A stretch of 64,000 nt of DNA, from contig VGHK01000006.1 in the NCBI GenBank assembly GCA_016868305.1, forward strand, positions 2,573-66,572, in the 5' to 3' direction. Position 1 is the stretch's first letter; every line of letters begins with the position of its first letter. The position numbers were made by a program, and so were the translations under genes. This DNA comes from Betaproteobacteria bacterium (GTDB lineage Bacteria > Pseudomonadota > Gammaproteobacteria > Burkholderiales > Burkholderiaceae_A). Positions 36,403 through 46,140 of this stretch are shown here, one piece after another. Under the pieces are notes generated by a model. The model did not search any database, was not told the DNA's origin, and saw only the letters and a program-made list of their open reading frames with translations.

Positions 36403-37422
36403 TTAGAGGCGAATAGCCTCTACCTGCCCTGATGAAACGGCCTTTATAACAGCTTCTAGCGCGGCGACGGTAAAGCGCTTTTGCTGATTGTCCACAGGAT
36501 AAACAGACAGCCCGCGCACTGCAGAGGCAAACGACTCAAGGTTCGCGCGAACTGCCTGATGCGGCTCGAAGAAAGCGGTCTGCTTCTCTTTTCCCCGAAT
36601 GGTCTTTGTGATGTCCCAGCCAGTGGGATTCTCAGGGTGGGTCCGGTCTCGAATCTCACACCAGCCTTGGGAGCCATAGACTGCAAATCTGCCATCAAAT
36701 GGCGTGGCTAATATGGCGCTAATCAAGGAGACTGCCCCAGATTCAAACTCCAGAAATACCGCCAGCGTGTCGCCGTTTTCGAAGCCAGCTCCCCTTGCCC
36801 CCAAGCGCGCGGCTACGGCCCTGGGCTTACCAAAGAAGGAAACTGAGAGATCTAGCAGGTGAATCCCTGTGGCAGTGAGCGGCCCGACGGGTGCAACTGC
36901 ATTTGAGAGTCGCCAGTTGTCTTTTGGTAGCGCCAGAAATTTGTCTTGGCTGAAATTGGCCTCGATCTGCAGGGTGGTTCCATAAACACCCTGCGCAACC
37001 TCCTGCCGAAGCAGCTGCATGGCGGGCTCGAACCTTCGCTCATGGCCAATACCCAGAACCCGTTTCGTATCCTCACAGGCCTGAATGGCCCTCTCGGCAT
37101 CCGCAAGATTCATACACAGAGGCTTTTCGCAGAACACATGAAGCCCCGCGCGCGCCGCAGCAATGATCTGATCGGCATGCTGGGGGTGGGGTGTACAGAT
37201 GACAACTGCCTCCAAGCCAGGCTCGCTAATCAGGGCTTCATAGCTATTGAGGAACTTCACGGACTGAAGCCCAGCCGGCCGGGGACTAGGGTGCAGCGCC
37301 ACCACAGGCTCTGCAATGCAGCGAAGGTCAAAAAGCGGTGACTCAGACAGCAGCGCCGCAATAACCTTTCCCCACCAGCCATAGCCCGCGATGCCAATTA
37401 CCAGGGGTTTTTGTTCTATCAT
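36403..37422 (-). CDS. Gfo/Idh/MocA family oxidoreductase
   Basis: GIAGYGWWG, ICTPH..H, HVFCEKP, GHERRF, GIHLLD. Confidence 0.9.
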   Translation of the reverse strand: MIEQKPLVIGIAGYGWWGKVIAALLSESPLFDLRCIAEPVVALHPSPRPAGLQSVKFLNSYEALISEPGLEAVVICTPHPQHADQIIAAARAGLHVFCEKPLCMNLADAERAIQACEDTKRVLGIGHERRFEPAMQLLRQEVAQGVYGTTLQIEANFSQDKFLALPKDNWRLSNAVAPVGPLTATGIHLLDLSVSFFGKPRAVAARLGARGAGFENGDTLAVFLEFESGAVSLISAILATPFDGRFAVYGSQGWCEIRDRTHPENPTGWDITKTIRGKEKQTAFFEPHQAVRANLESFASAVRGLSVYPVDNQQKRFTVAALEAVIKAVSSGQVEAIRL

Positions 37423-37492
37423 TTTTTAAGAGGCCTCGTTGCTTTTACTGAAACATTGATTACTTAACAGAATCCTATTATCAAATCCTGAG

Positions 37493-37591
37493 ATGCCCGT
37501 TCCGCTAAGGGTTTTCCCTTCGTGCCGCCGGTCTTCGAAGTCCGTCTGCCTTCGAAACCTGAAACCATTTGGCAGCACATAGCGGAGGCAT
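37493..37591 (-). ncRNA. Candidate structured RNA (three-way junction), family not recognised
   Basis: Nested stems: ATGCC+TCCGCTA/TAGCGGA+GGCAT, GTGCTGCC/GGCGGCAC (G-U on -), GGT+TTCGAAG/CTTCGAA+ACC, AGGG-AAAA-CCCT. Confidence 0.4.
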
Positions 37592-37661
37592 GCTATGTTC
37601 TTTTTCTCTCGATCATTACAGGACAAATGGCAATTCTTCGTTCAACTAAGGTGAGACAACC

Positions 37662-38357
37662 ATGACTGCAGCTTCTCTTTTATTTCCCCCTTCTTTACAG
37701 ACTGTTCTTCCCGTGCGAGGCTGCAAAGAAGTAATGCCCGTGCATCGTATTTACTGCATTGGCCGTAACTACGAGGCCCATGCCGTTGAAATGGGCCACG
37801 ACCCCTCTAAAGAACCGCCGTTTTTCTTTCAGAAGAATCCGGATAGCCTGGTCGTTGGCGGCGACTTCCCCTACCCGCCGCAGAGCCAAGATGTGCATCA
37901 CGAGGTTGAGATGGTCGTAGCCATCGGAAAGTCAGGAAGCAATATTCCAGTAGACAAGGCGCTGGATTACGTCCTGGGATATGCGGTAGGTCTCGACATG
38001 ACCTGCCGAGACCTGCAGACTGAGGCAAAGAAGCTGGGGCGCCCCTGGGAACCTGGCAAGTCCTTTGAGTACTCTGCACCGTGCTCGGAACTGGTTCTGG
38101 CGGCCGACATTGGGCACCCCTCCGAAGGGGAAATTCATCTCAAAGTGAACGGAGAGATTCGCCAGAAGGGTGACCTGAACCAGCTAATCTGGAAGGTACC
38201 CGAACTGGTAAGTGTCATGTCAAATTTCTACCATTTACAGCCGGGAGACCTTATCTTCACCGGAACTCCTGCAGGGATTGGCCCGGTGCATAAGGGTGAT
38301 AGTCTCGAGTGCTTTCTGAAACCGGTGGGCAGTCTGACACTCAAGGTGGTGGGCTAG
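37662..38357 (+). CDS. Fumarylacetoacetate hydrolase family (fumarylpyruvate/acylpyruvase-like)
   Basis: RIYCIGRNYEAHAVEMG, PPFFFQK, HHEVE, GLDMT.RDLQ, GKSFE, GDLIFTGTPAG. Confidence 0.92.
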   Translation: MTAASLLFPPSLQTVLPVRGCKEVMPVHRIYCIGRNYEAHAVEMGHDPSKEPPFFFQKNPDSLVVGGDFPYPPQSQDVHHEVEMVVAIGKSGSNIPVDKALDYVLGYAVGLDMTCRDLQTEAKKLGRPWEPGKSFEYSAPCSELVLAADIGHPSEGEIHLKVNGEIRQKGDLNQLIWKVPELVSVMSNFYHLQPGDLIFTGTPAGIGPVHKGDSLECFLKPVGSLTLKVVG

Positions 38358-38390
38358 GCTGGGAAGTCCCCCCTAGCCGCAACTGCTCTT

Positions 38391-40106
38391 CTAGGGCGTT
38401 TTGCGCAGGAATCGAAAATCGCAGCCGTCTTCTGCCTGGAGCACCTCCTGGGCGTGCAGGCGGCCGTATCCGCGTTCTTGGGCCAACTGGGGAAGGTGTT
38501 CGTGCCACGACTCTTTCTCTCTGGCGGCAAGTGTTTCTGAATCTACAAGAAGGTTCAGACTTGCCTCTCGAACACTTAGCCGAATCTTGTCGCCGTTGCG
38601 CACGAGACTTAAAGGCCCTGCGGCGGCCGCCTCGGGGCTAATGTGTAGAACGATTGTTCCGTAGGCGGTGCCGCTCATGCGTCCGTCCGATAGGCGCACC
38701 ATGTCGCGAACGCCTTGGGAGGCGAGCTTCTTGGGAATCGGAATCAGGCCTGCCTCTGGCATCCCCGCACCTTTGGGACCTATTCCACGCAGCACAAGAA
38801 CATCGTCGGCGTTGACATCAAGAGCGGGGTCATCGAGTCGCCGGGCCATATCTTCAAGGCCATCGAAGACAACGGCCCTCCCGGTATGCTCCAGAAGGTT
38901 TTTGCTCGCTGCCACGGGCTTTATCACAGCACCGCTCGGGGCCAGATTTCCGGAAAGCCAACGCAGGCCCCCGCTTGGATAGATAGGGTTTGCCTGGCTG
39001 CGAATCACCTCGGCTGCTACCATCGCAGACAGGCCGTTCAGTCGCTGCTGCAGGGTGTCGCCAAACACGGTGGGCAGATCCAAAACCATTTTTTCCTGAA
39101 GCTCGGATACGACCCGAATAAGCCCCCCCGCCTCGTGAAAGTCGGGCATATAGCCCTCTCCCCCTGGTTTGAGGTCTACCAGCACGGGAACCTGATCCGC
39201 GAGGGCATTAAAAGCCTGCGGGTCAAGTCGTATCCCGATGCGTCCCATAATGGCGGCAAGGTGTACTAAGGCATTGGTAGACCCACCAATAGCCAATAGT
39301 GTGGCCAGAGCATTGTGTAGCTGTTTTTCTCCTAGGGGGGGCATTACCACCTCGCCCTTTGCCAGCCGTGCCGCCGCGTAGCCAGACCTCTCAGCAATCC
39401 GGATTCGGTCTGCCGATACGGCGGGGGCGCTTGCCGCGCCAGGCACGGTGAGACCCATGGCTTCAACCATGCATGCCATGGTGCTTGCTGTGCCCATCAC
39501 CGAGCAGGTACCTACCGAGGGAACCAGGTGATTGTTTGCATCATCAATCTGCGCCTGGGTCAGCCTGCCGGCGCGAAAGTCTGCCCAGAGACGCCGACAG
39601 TCTGTGCAGGCGCCTACCCGCTCTCCCTGCCAGCGGGAGGAGAGCATGGGTCCGGTAGGTAGAACGACAAAAGGCCTTCCTGCCGAGAGCGCGCCCATCA
39701 CCTGGGCAGGGATGGTCTTGTCGCAGCCGCCGATCACCACCACCGCGTCCATGGGCTGGGCCTTGATCATCTCCTCGGTATCTATCGACATGAGATTGCG
39801 CAGATACAGACTGGTTGGTGCGGCAAAGGACTCATGCAAAGAGATGGTGGGGAATACGACGGGAAGGGCGCCCTGCATCATGACCCCTCTTTTTACTGCC
39901 TCTATCAGTTGCGGCGCATTCCCATGACAGGGGTTGAAGTCACTTCCGGTGTCGATAATTCCAACGATGGGTTTGGCAAGGTCTTCATCGGAAAGACCCG
40001 CACCCTTAATGAACGCCCGACGCAGAAAAAGGGCAAACTCCCGGTCTCCATAGTTCACGGTGCCGGCCGAGAGCCCCGTGGAGGCTTGTACAGGTGACGC
40101 TGCCAT
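38391..40106 (-). CDS. IlvD/Edd family dehydratase (sugar-acid dehydratase-like)
   Basis: NPCH, GGCDKT, GTCSVMGTAST, GGSTNA, LSDGRMSGTAYG, HISPEAA. Confidence 0.92.
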   Translation of the reverse strand: MAASPVQASTGLSAGTVNYGDREFALFLRRAFIKGAGLSDEDLAKPIVGIIDTGSDFNPCHGNAPQLIEAVKRGVMMQGALPVVFPTISLHESFAAPTSLYLRNLMSIDTEEMIKAQPMDAVVVIGGCDKTIPAQVMGALSAGRPFVVLPTGPMLSSRWQGERVGACTDCRRLWADFRAGRLTQAQIDDANNHLVPSVGTCSVMGTASTMACMVEAMGLTVPGAASAPAVSADRIRIAERSGYAAARLAKGEVVMPPLGEKQLHNALATLLAIGGSTNALVHLAAIMGRIGIRLDPQAFNALADQVPVLVDLKPGGEGYMPDFHEAGGLIRVVSELQEKMVLDLPTVFGDTLQQRLNGLSAMVAAEVIRSQANPIYPSGGLRWLSGNLAPSGAVIKPVAASKNLLEHTGRAVVFDGLEDMARRLDDPALDVNADDVLVLRGIGPKGAGMPEAGLIPIPKKLASQGVRDMVRLSDGRMSGTAYGTIVLHISPEAAAAGPLSLVRNGDKIRLSVREASLNLLVDSETLAAREKESWHEHLPQLAQERGYGRLHAQEVLQAEDGCDFRFLRKTP

Positions 40107-40108
40107 GG

Positions 40109-40867
40109 CTAGCCTCTTCCCACAAAAGGCATGTTGGTTGCCATGAGGGTCATGTTGAGCACATTGGCTTCTAGGGGTAGGCCTGCAATGTAGGCGATGG
40201 CCTCACCGCAGTGGCGGGCATCAATAACAGGCTCCACCATAACCTGACCGTTTGCCTGAGGCACCCCTGCTTTAAATCGTTCGCCAATTGCTGTGTCCGC
40301 ATTACCGATATCGATCTGGGATGCCGCTATTTTGTATGGCCTGCCATCCAGCGCGAGTGACTTTGTCAGCCCGGTAATTGCGTGCTTGGTCGCGGTGTAG
40401 GCGATCGTATTGGGCCGCGGGGCATGGGCCGAGATGGATCCGTTATTGATAATGCGACCACCCTGTGGTGACTGCTTTTTCATGAGGCCAAAGGCAGCCT
40501 GCGCACAAAGAAAAGAGCCGGTAAGGTTTACGTCGACCACTTTACGCCAGTCTTCCTCGGTAAGGTCTTCCAGGGGTACGCGTGGGGCGCCCATTCCGGC
40601 ATTGTTAAAAAGCACATCGAGTCGGCCAAACCGGCTCTCAATCTCAGAGAAAAGCCGCTTCACCTCTTTGCCCTGGGCAACATCCGCTGCGATTCCCAGA
40701 ATACCGGGCTGCCCCACCTGGCCAAGCCGAGCAGTCTCCTCCAGGGGCTCCAACCGGCGTCCGGTAATGACCACCTGAAAGCCCGCCTTTTGGAGAGCTA
40801 GGGCGCTGGCCTGACCGATTCCTGTCCCCCCTCCGGTAACGAGGGCAACTTTTGTAGCTGAAGACAT
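40109..40867 (-). CDS. Short-chain dehydrogenase/reductase
   Basis: TGGGTGIG, FNNAG, NNGS, YTATK. Confidence 0.93.
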   Translation of the reverse strand: MSSATKVALVTGGGTGIGQASALALQKAGFQVVITGRRLEPLEETARLGQVGQPGILGIAADVAQGKEVKRLFSEIESRFGRLDVLFNNAGMGAPRVPLEDLTEEDWRKVVDVNLTGSFLCAQAAFGLMKKQSPQGGRIINNGSISAHAPRPNTIAYTATKHAITGLTKSLALDGRPYKIAASQIDIGNADTAIGERFKAGVPQANGQVMVEPVIDARHCGEAIAYIAGLPLEANVLNMTLMATNMPFVGRG

Positions 40868-40949
40868 GGCTCCGGCTCCTTTCGAAAATAACTGAAACGT
40901 TGATAAGAAATGTCGTAAAGTTTAGCGCTTCAGAATACAGGAGGTTCTT

Positions 40950-42017
40950 ATGGCTACGGGTCGGCGCGTCTGGCGCGAAGAGCTGGAAACGTTCATCTTC
41001 AATGCTTTTCAGACCCAGGGACTGCCTTCTGCTGATTCCCAGAGGATTGCGCGACTGATGTCTCAGGCCGATCTGCAGGGGTCAGATGGCCACGGCGTTA
41101 TTCGTCTCGGGCAATACCTCAAGCGGATTCAGTCAGGTGGAATGAATATCCGTCCAGAGATTCGCGTCGTGGCCGAGAGGGCCGGAACCGCCCTGGTGGA
41201 TGGGGACAATGGCATGGGGCATCTGGTGGTCTCCAGAGCCGTCGAAATCGCTGCTGACAAGGCGCGCACGGCAGGGGTGGCCTGGGTAGGAACCCGTATG
41301 AGTAACCATGCTGGGCCAGCCTCTTTGTATGTCCGAATGCTGGCTGAACAGAACCTTATTGGCATCTACTACGCTGTCGGTAATGCCAACCACCTGCCAC
41401 CCTGGGGCGGCATGGAGATGCTGCTTTCCACCAACCCAATTGCCATGGCATTTCCAAGAGGCCACGTTGAGCCCAGTGTCGTGCTGGATATGGCAACGAC
41501 CGTAGCAGCCTATGGCAAGGTAAAGGCGAAGGCGCGCAGGGGCGAAATGATGCCCGAGGGATGGATGATCGATCGACAGGGACGGCCTCTTCTAGATCCG
41601 AATCGTGCAGAAGAGGGCTTTCTTCTTCCAATCGGGGGACACAAAGGGTATGGTCTCGCCCTTTTGGTGGGCATGCTCGCAGGCAGCCTTAATGGGGCCG
41701 CTATGGGAAGGCAGGTAATCGACTTTAATGCGGACAGCAAGTCGGTTACTAATACCGGTCAGGCTGTCTGTGCCTTGGATCCCGGAACCTTTGGCGATCT
41801 TGATGCATTGCGGCATCGGATCGATATCTTGGTCGGTGAAATTCGAAACAGCACAAGGCTTCCTGGCACAGACCGTATCTGGCTGCCTGGAGAGCAGAGC
41901 CACTCTAAGATCGCGGAATACTCAGCTCAGGGTATTCCCTTGTCTGCCGGAATCGTGGGGGAGCTAGATCGCATCGCGGACCAACTGGGTATTCCTCCAG
42001 TCTCTGCGATCGCCTAG
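40950..42017 (+). CDS. Ldh_2 (malate/L-lactate/ureidoglycolate dehydrogenase-type) oxidoreductase
   Basis: ADL.G.DGHG..RL, DGDNGMG, SNHAG, TNPIA, LDMATT, GGHKGYGL, PGE. Confidence 0.92.
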   Translation: MATGRRVWREELETFIFNAFQTQGLPSADSQRIARLMSQADLQGSDGHGVIRLGQYLKRIQSGGMNIRPEIRVVAERAGTALVDGDNGMGHLVVSRAVEIAADKARTAGVAWVGTRMSNHAGPASLYVRMLAEQNLIGIYYAVGNANHLPPWGGMEMLLSTNPIAMAFPRGHVEPSVVLDMATTVAAYGKVKAKARRGEMMPEGWMIDRQGRPLLDPNRAEEGFLLPIGGHKGYGLALLVGMLAGSLNGAAMGRQVIDFNADSKSVTNTGQAVCALDPGTFGDLDALRHRIDILVGEIRNSTRLPGTDRIWLPGEQSHSKIAEYSAQGIPLSAGIVGELDRIADQLGIPPVSAIA

Positions 42018-42041
42018 GCAATGTTCGGGTTCTCTGGCTTT

Positions 42042-42060
42042 ATTATCAGATGATCAATAA
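42042..42060. promoter_or_regulatory. Putative operator, site D (ATTATC-AGAT-GATCAA-TAA)
   Basis: Same spacing and right half-site as site A; upstream of the VOC-qor pair. Confidence 0.5.
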
Positions 42061-42152
42061 AATAACAGGTTCATCATAGTGTTTAAGTCTTACGCACTGG
42101 TGTCTTGCCAGGGCAATATCCGTTCGTTAACTTTCTTGAAGGAGCTTTCATC

Positions 42153-42719
42153 ATGGGGCTAAAGTTTCTGGAGCATCTCCTCATTCTCACGCATGACCCT
42201 GAAGCCACTCGTGACTGGTTTTGCAAGAACCTCGGTTTTCGCGAGGGGGATCATCCCGACTTCGGGTTTCCTGTCCACTGGCTCTACATAGGCAATCAAG
42301 ACGTCATTCATATCGGCAAGGCGCGTCATTCAGAGCACCAGAACACCTATTTGAAGGCGCCAAACGATAAGGATGGCCAAGACTTTTCTGCTGCCGGAGC
42401 CTTGGGTTCTGGTCGTATCGATCATCTCTGCATTAACTGTGACGACCTTAAAGGATTTATTCAGCGACTAACCGATAACGGTGTTGAGTTCAATGAGCGT
42501 AAGGCGCACAACTCCAATCTCTATCAGTTGTTCATGCGCGAGCCCATTAACGGTATTAAGGTCGAACTGAACTTTGCCTGGCATGAGGCCGTGGCAATGG
42601 GCAGGGTGCCGGGCTGGACCGACGATGGTCAAAACGACAAGTCAGTTGCCGAAGTCTTTAAGGAGTCTCGGTTTAACGAAAAATATCTCAACAAGTCAGA
42701 AGAAAAGGTGACCGTATGA
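42153..42719 (+). CDS. VOC / glyoxalase family protein
   Basis: LEHLLI, LGF..G.HPDFGFP..WL, IDHLC, QLF..EP.NGIKVEL. Start set at ATG 42153 behind GAAGGAG. Confidence 0.85.
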   Translation: MGLKFLEHLLILTHDPEATRDWFCKNLGFREGDHPDFGFPVHWLYIGNQDVIHIGKARHSEHQNTYLKAPNDKDGQDFSAAGALGSGRIDHLCINCDDLKGFIQRLTDNGVEFNERKAHNSNLYQLFMREPINGIKVELNFAWHEAVAMGRVPGWTDDGQNDKSVAEVFKESRFNEKYLNKSEEKVTV

Positions 42720-43699
42720 CACAGGCAGTCGTAGCGCGCGTCCATCAACCGGGTGAGCCAGATGTCATAAAACTCCAAGAAATAAACCTTCCCGACCCCG
42801 GGCCGGGAGAGGTCACTATCCGCCACACGGCAATCGGCCTGAACTTTCAGGATGTCTATATGCGCAGTGGGCTCTATCCTGGGCAGCCCCCGTTTGGCCT
42901 GGGAAATGAGGCCGCTGGTGTCGTCGAAAAAGTGGGGTCGGGCGTTTCAGACTTCAAAGAGGGCGATCGGGTCTGCTATGCCAGTGGCCCGGTATTCGAT
43001 GCCTATTCCACCCGAAGAAACTTTCTCGCTGCGCGACTGCTGCACACTCCCGATGGCGTAAAAGACGAGCAGGCCGCGGCGATCTTGCTCAAGGGAATGA
43101 CGGTTGAGTACCTCATGCAGCGTTGCTTTCCTGTGCAGTCAGGAATGTCGGTCCTTTTTCATGCTGCTGCCGGTGGTGTAGGCCTCTTGGCCGGGCAATG
43201 GGGTAAAGATCTGGGCGCTCGCATGATCGGGGTCGCAGGAGGCCCAGAGAAATCCAAGATCGCCCTCGAAAATGGCTACGATGTCTGCCTTGACAGGAAG
43301 ACAGAAGATATTGCTGCTCGGGTTAAAGAGCTCACGGGGGGCAAGGGGGTTCCCGTCGTTTTCGATTCGGTGGGCAAGGACAGCTTCGATGCATCCCTGA
43401 ACAGTCTGGCCCCCCGAGGCTATTTCGTCTCTTTTGGCCAGACTACGGGTCTTCCGCCCCCCGTTACCGGGGCAATGCTACAGAAGCTTGGCTCTTTGTA
43501 TTTCACCCGCCCAACCCTAGTGACCTATACGGCAGATGCTCAGGAAATGCGCGATTCCGCAGCCCTGGTTTTTGACCGTTTGCAGCGGGGCGTACTGAGG
43601 CTGTCCATCAACCAACGGTATGCCCTAAAAGATGTTGTTCAGGCCCATCGGGACCTGCAGTCAGGCAAAACCTCAGGATCAACCATTATCACCCCTTAA
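42716..43699 (+). CDS. qor: Quinone oxidoreductase
   Basis: IGLNFQD.Y.RSG.Y, GNEAAG, LLKGMT, HAAAGGVG, VFDSVGKD, SLYFTRP. Confidence 0.9.
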   Translation: MTQAVVARVHQPGEPDVIKLQEINLPDPGPGEVTIRHTAIGLNFQDVYMRSGLYPGQPPFGLGNEAAGVVEKVGSGVSDFKEGDRVCYASGPVFDAYSTRRNFLAARLLHTPDGVKDEQAAAILLKGMTVEYLMQRCFPVQSGMSVLFHAAAGGVGLLAGQWGKDLGARMIGVAGGPEKSKIALENGYDVCLDRKTEDIAARVKELTGGKGVPVVFDSVGKDSFDASLNSLAPRGYFVSFGQTTGLPPPVTGAMLQKLGSLYFTRPTLVTYTADAQEMRDSAALVFDRLQRGVLRLSINQRYALKDVVQAHRDLQSGKTSGSTIITP

Positions 43700-43714
43700 G
43701 GGCTTCTAAGCTAG

Positions 43715-43754
43715 TCAAAAAGGGCCCTTTACACGAGTAAAGGCCTCTTTTTGA
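43715..43754. terminator. Probable bidirectional terminator
   Basis: TCAAAAAG-GGCC-CTTTAC / GTAAAG-GCC-T-CTTTTTGA imperfect hairpin between convergent genes. Confidence 0.7.
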
Positions 43755-43763
43755 TGGCTGTTC

Positions 43764-44075
43764 TCAGGTGGGGGTCGCATCTCCCCCCTCGACAATCACC
43801 AGCTCTACGACGCCGCCGCCATCGCGGCGAAACCCGGCAGCCTTTTGATACTCCTGCGACTCAAAGCAGCCCTTAGCGGCAGCAAGGCTCGGGAATTCAA
43901 TGACTACGAAGCGCGCGAAATTCTTGGGCCCTTCGAGAACTTCGTATTTTCCCCCTCGGGCCAGTACCTTGCCATGATGCTTTGCAATGATTGCTGGAAC
44001 AAGGTCTGTGTAGCGTTTATAACGCTCCCAGTCATCAATACGAGATCTGGCTACCCAGTAGGCAGGTGCAGTCAT
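43764..44075 (-). CDS. DUF1330 family protein
   Basis: Y.RY, GGKYEVLEG, VVIEFPS..AAK..F.S.EYQ. Confidence 0.9.
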   Translation of the reverse strand: MTAPAYWVARSRIDDWERYKRYTDLVPAIIAKHHGKVLARGGKYEVLEGPKNFARFVVIEFPSLAAAKGCFESQEYQKAAGFRRDGGGVVELVIVEGGDATPT

Positions 44076-44122
44076 GAGTCAGTCTCCTTTAGGGGTGTAT
44101 TGCTGTCAAAGAACGCCTGAGG

Positions 44123-45490
44123 CTACTTGTTTGAGAAGACATACTCTGGAAGCCAGGTTGCAATAGATGGAATAAACCAGATGGTAATGACCACAATAAG
44201 CAGGCATAACCAGTAAGGAATCGAGTATCGGAATATCTGACCTACAGTGATCTCGTTAGGGGGCAGGGAGGCCTTTACCGTGAATACAAGTATGCCGAAT
44301 GGGGGGGTAAGTAAGCCCGACTCGATTGCCAGAATGCCAATCATGGCAAAGGCTATGGGGTCCATGCCCGCTGCATGGGCCACCGGCGCAAACACCGGTA
44401 CCGTGATAAGGATAATTGAGATCGAATCGATGAGGCAGCCCAGGACAAACCAAATAGCTACCATAATCAAAATAATCGCCCAGAGATCGAGTCCCGAGTC
44501 AACAAAGATGGTCTGAATGGCACCGGTGATTCCTGTCATAGACAATACCCGAGAGTAAAGCTGGGCACAGAACAGGAGCAGTAGCAAAGGCGCTGAGGTG
44601 CGCCCAACCTGCAGCACGACTTCTCTGATCTCGGAAAATCGAACTCCGCGAATGATTGCGACTACCAGTGCAGAGGCGGCGCCAACGCCCGCGCCTTCGG
44701 TTGGCGTGAACGCACCCATCCATATGCCTCCGAGAATGAAGGCTACGAGCCCCAAGACCAGAACCGTGCCCACTATGGCGCGACCGAGGCTTTCATCCAA
44801 TTGCTCTGACGTAGACTCTTGCTTGGGCTCAGCAGTCTGCATTGGCTGAATCGTTCCAGGGCCTGCACCGACAATGTGGGGCTTAGTGACAGCGGTGAAA
44901 ACAATATAGACGCAGAACAAAAGCGCAAGGAGCAGCCCCGGGCCGACCCCTGCTAAAAACAGCTGGCCGATAGACTGCTCGGTAAGTACCCCCCATACGA
45001 TCATGAGCACGCTAGGGGGAATAAGCATCCCTAGGCACGAGCTACCGGCGATACATCCGGCCGAGAAGCCCTTGTCGTATCCGGCACGGCGCATTTCAGG
45101 ATAGGCGATTCTCGAGAAGGCGGCAGCAGCGGCAATACTGACACCCGTGACGAAGGCAAACAGGGCATTGGCGCCTACAGTGGCAAGACCAAGACGCCCC
45201 GGTAGGAATGCGAGCCCTTTGTTTATTAGGGTGAAAATATCCCGGGCGGCACCACTCTGGGCAAGAAACCCCCCCATGAGCAGGAACAGCGGAATAACCG
45301 CAAATACATAGTCGCGCAGCGCCTCATAGGCTGTACTTGAGATGAAGTTAAAGACAACTCCCCAGTCGCCGACCATAAGAAATGCGCCCAAGACCGCCGT
45401 TGTACCGAGCGCAACGGCGATATGCACTCCGGTGAGAGTAAGCAGTAGAACCGTGCCAATTACCACGACCACTTGAAAAGTACTGAACAT
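44123..45490 (-). CDS. dctM: TRAP transporter large permease
   Basis: VIPLFLLMG, GVSIAAAA, LGMLIPPS, LTPPFGILVF. Confidence 0.92.
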   Translation of the reverse strand: MFSTFQVVVVIGTVLLLTLTGVHIAVALGTTAVLGAFLMVGDWGVVFNFISSTAYEALRDYVFAVIPLFLLMGGFLAQSGAARDIFTLINKGLAFLPGRLGLATVGANALFAFVTGVSIAAAAAFSRIAYPEMRRAGYDKGFSAGCIAGSSCLGMLIPPSVLMIVWGVLTEQSIGQLFLAGVGPGLLLALLFCVYIVFTAVTKPHIVGAGPGTIQPMQTAEPKQESTSEQLDESLGRAIVGTVLVLGLVAFILGGIWMGAFTPTEGAGVGAASALVVAIIRGVRFSEIREVVLQVGRTSAPLLLLLFCAQLYSRVLSMTGITGAIQTIFVDSGLDLWAIILIMVAIWFVLGCLIDSISIILITVPVFAPVAHAAGMDPIAFAMIGILAIESGLLTPPFGILVFTVKASLPPNEITVGQIFRYSIPYWLCLLIVVITIWFIPSIATWLPEYVFSNK

Positions 45491-45523
45491 AGCAAGAGCC
45501 TTTAGCGGGAGGAGATTGCAGCG

Positions 45524-46048
45524 TTAGTGGCTTGACGCCTTGAAAAAGTCTTCTGAGTGCGTGGGGTTCACAAGAGCCCGCAGGGCATGCCATGACAAGA
45601 TAAGATATTGGGTAATGGCCAGGGCAGAACCGATGACCACCATAAATCGGGCGGGCCAGCTCGGGATGCGTAATGCCCCCTCTCCCTCAAACTCGCCAGA
45701 TACCCACGATCTTGCGGCGAGGTCTAGCCCGCCATAAAAAATAATGAAGAAAAATCCAACACCAAGCAATGACCCAAAGAGAGACACCAACGCCTTAGGC
45801 CGAGTAGAAAGGCGCGTTACAAAGACATCTACCGCGATCATGCCACCCGAGCGAATCGCATAGGCGGCCTGCAGGAAGCATATAAGGACGACCGACGCCT
45901 CTACCATCTCCTTGGTGCCCTTCACGGGGCTTAGAAAGATGCCGCGCCCAATGACGTCGGCCACAATTAGGAAAGAAATAAGCAGGGCCAATGATGCGCC
46001 AATGACGAGAAACGACTTTATGACCCAGTTGTTCGTTGCTTCAAACAT
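45524..46048 (-). CDS. dctQ: TRAP transporter small permease
   Basis: ADVIGR, G.I.VDV, P.WP.R; start set at ATG 46048 (AGGA upstream). Confidence 0.85.
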   Translation of the reverse strand: MFEATNNWVIKSFLVIGASLALLISFLIVADVIGRGIFLSPVKGTKEMVEASVVLICFLQAAYAIRSGGMIAVDVFVTRLSTRPKALVSLFGSLLGVGFFFIIFYGGLDLAARSWVSGEFEGEGALRIPSWPARFMVVIGSALAITQYLILSWHALRALVNPTHSEDFFKASSH

Positions 46049-46080
46049 CGGCGTAATCCTGTCTTGAGAAGAAAACAAAT

Positions 46081-46115
46081 GGGCCTTCAGGCAACCGGAA
46101 GCTGCATGAAGGCCC
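46081..46115 (-). terminator. Intercistronic hairpin between dctP and dctQ (stabiliser or partial terminator)
   Basis: GGGCCTTCA / TGAAGGCCC stem followed on - by ATTTGTTTTCTTCT. Confidence 0.55.
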
Positions 46116-46140
46116 AGGAGAAGATTCGTTACACCAAGAG

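Noticed and set aside
37485-37575. TPP or glycine riboswitch, suggested by CTGAGA..CCCGT and ACCTGA on + and by TTTCAGGT / CACGAAGG / TCTCAGG on -
   Set aside because: Missing the TPP 5' GGGG and GCG.AGGGA elements and the glycine GGAGAG / CACCGAAG cores; the observed helices do not match either fold.
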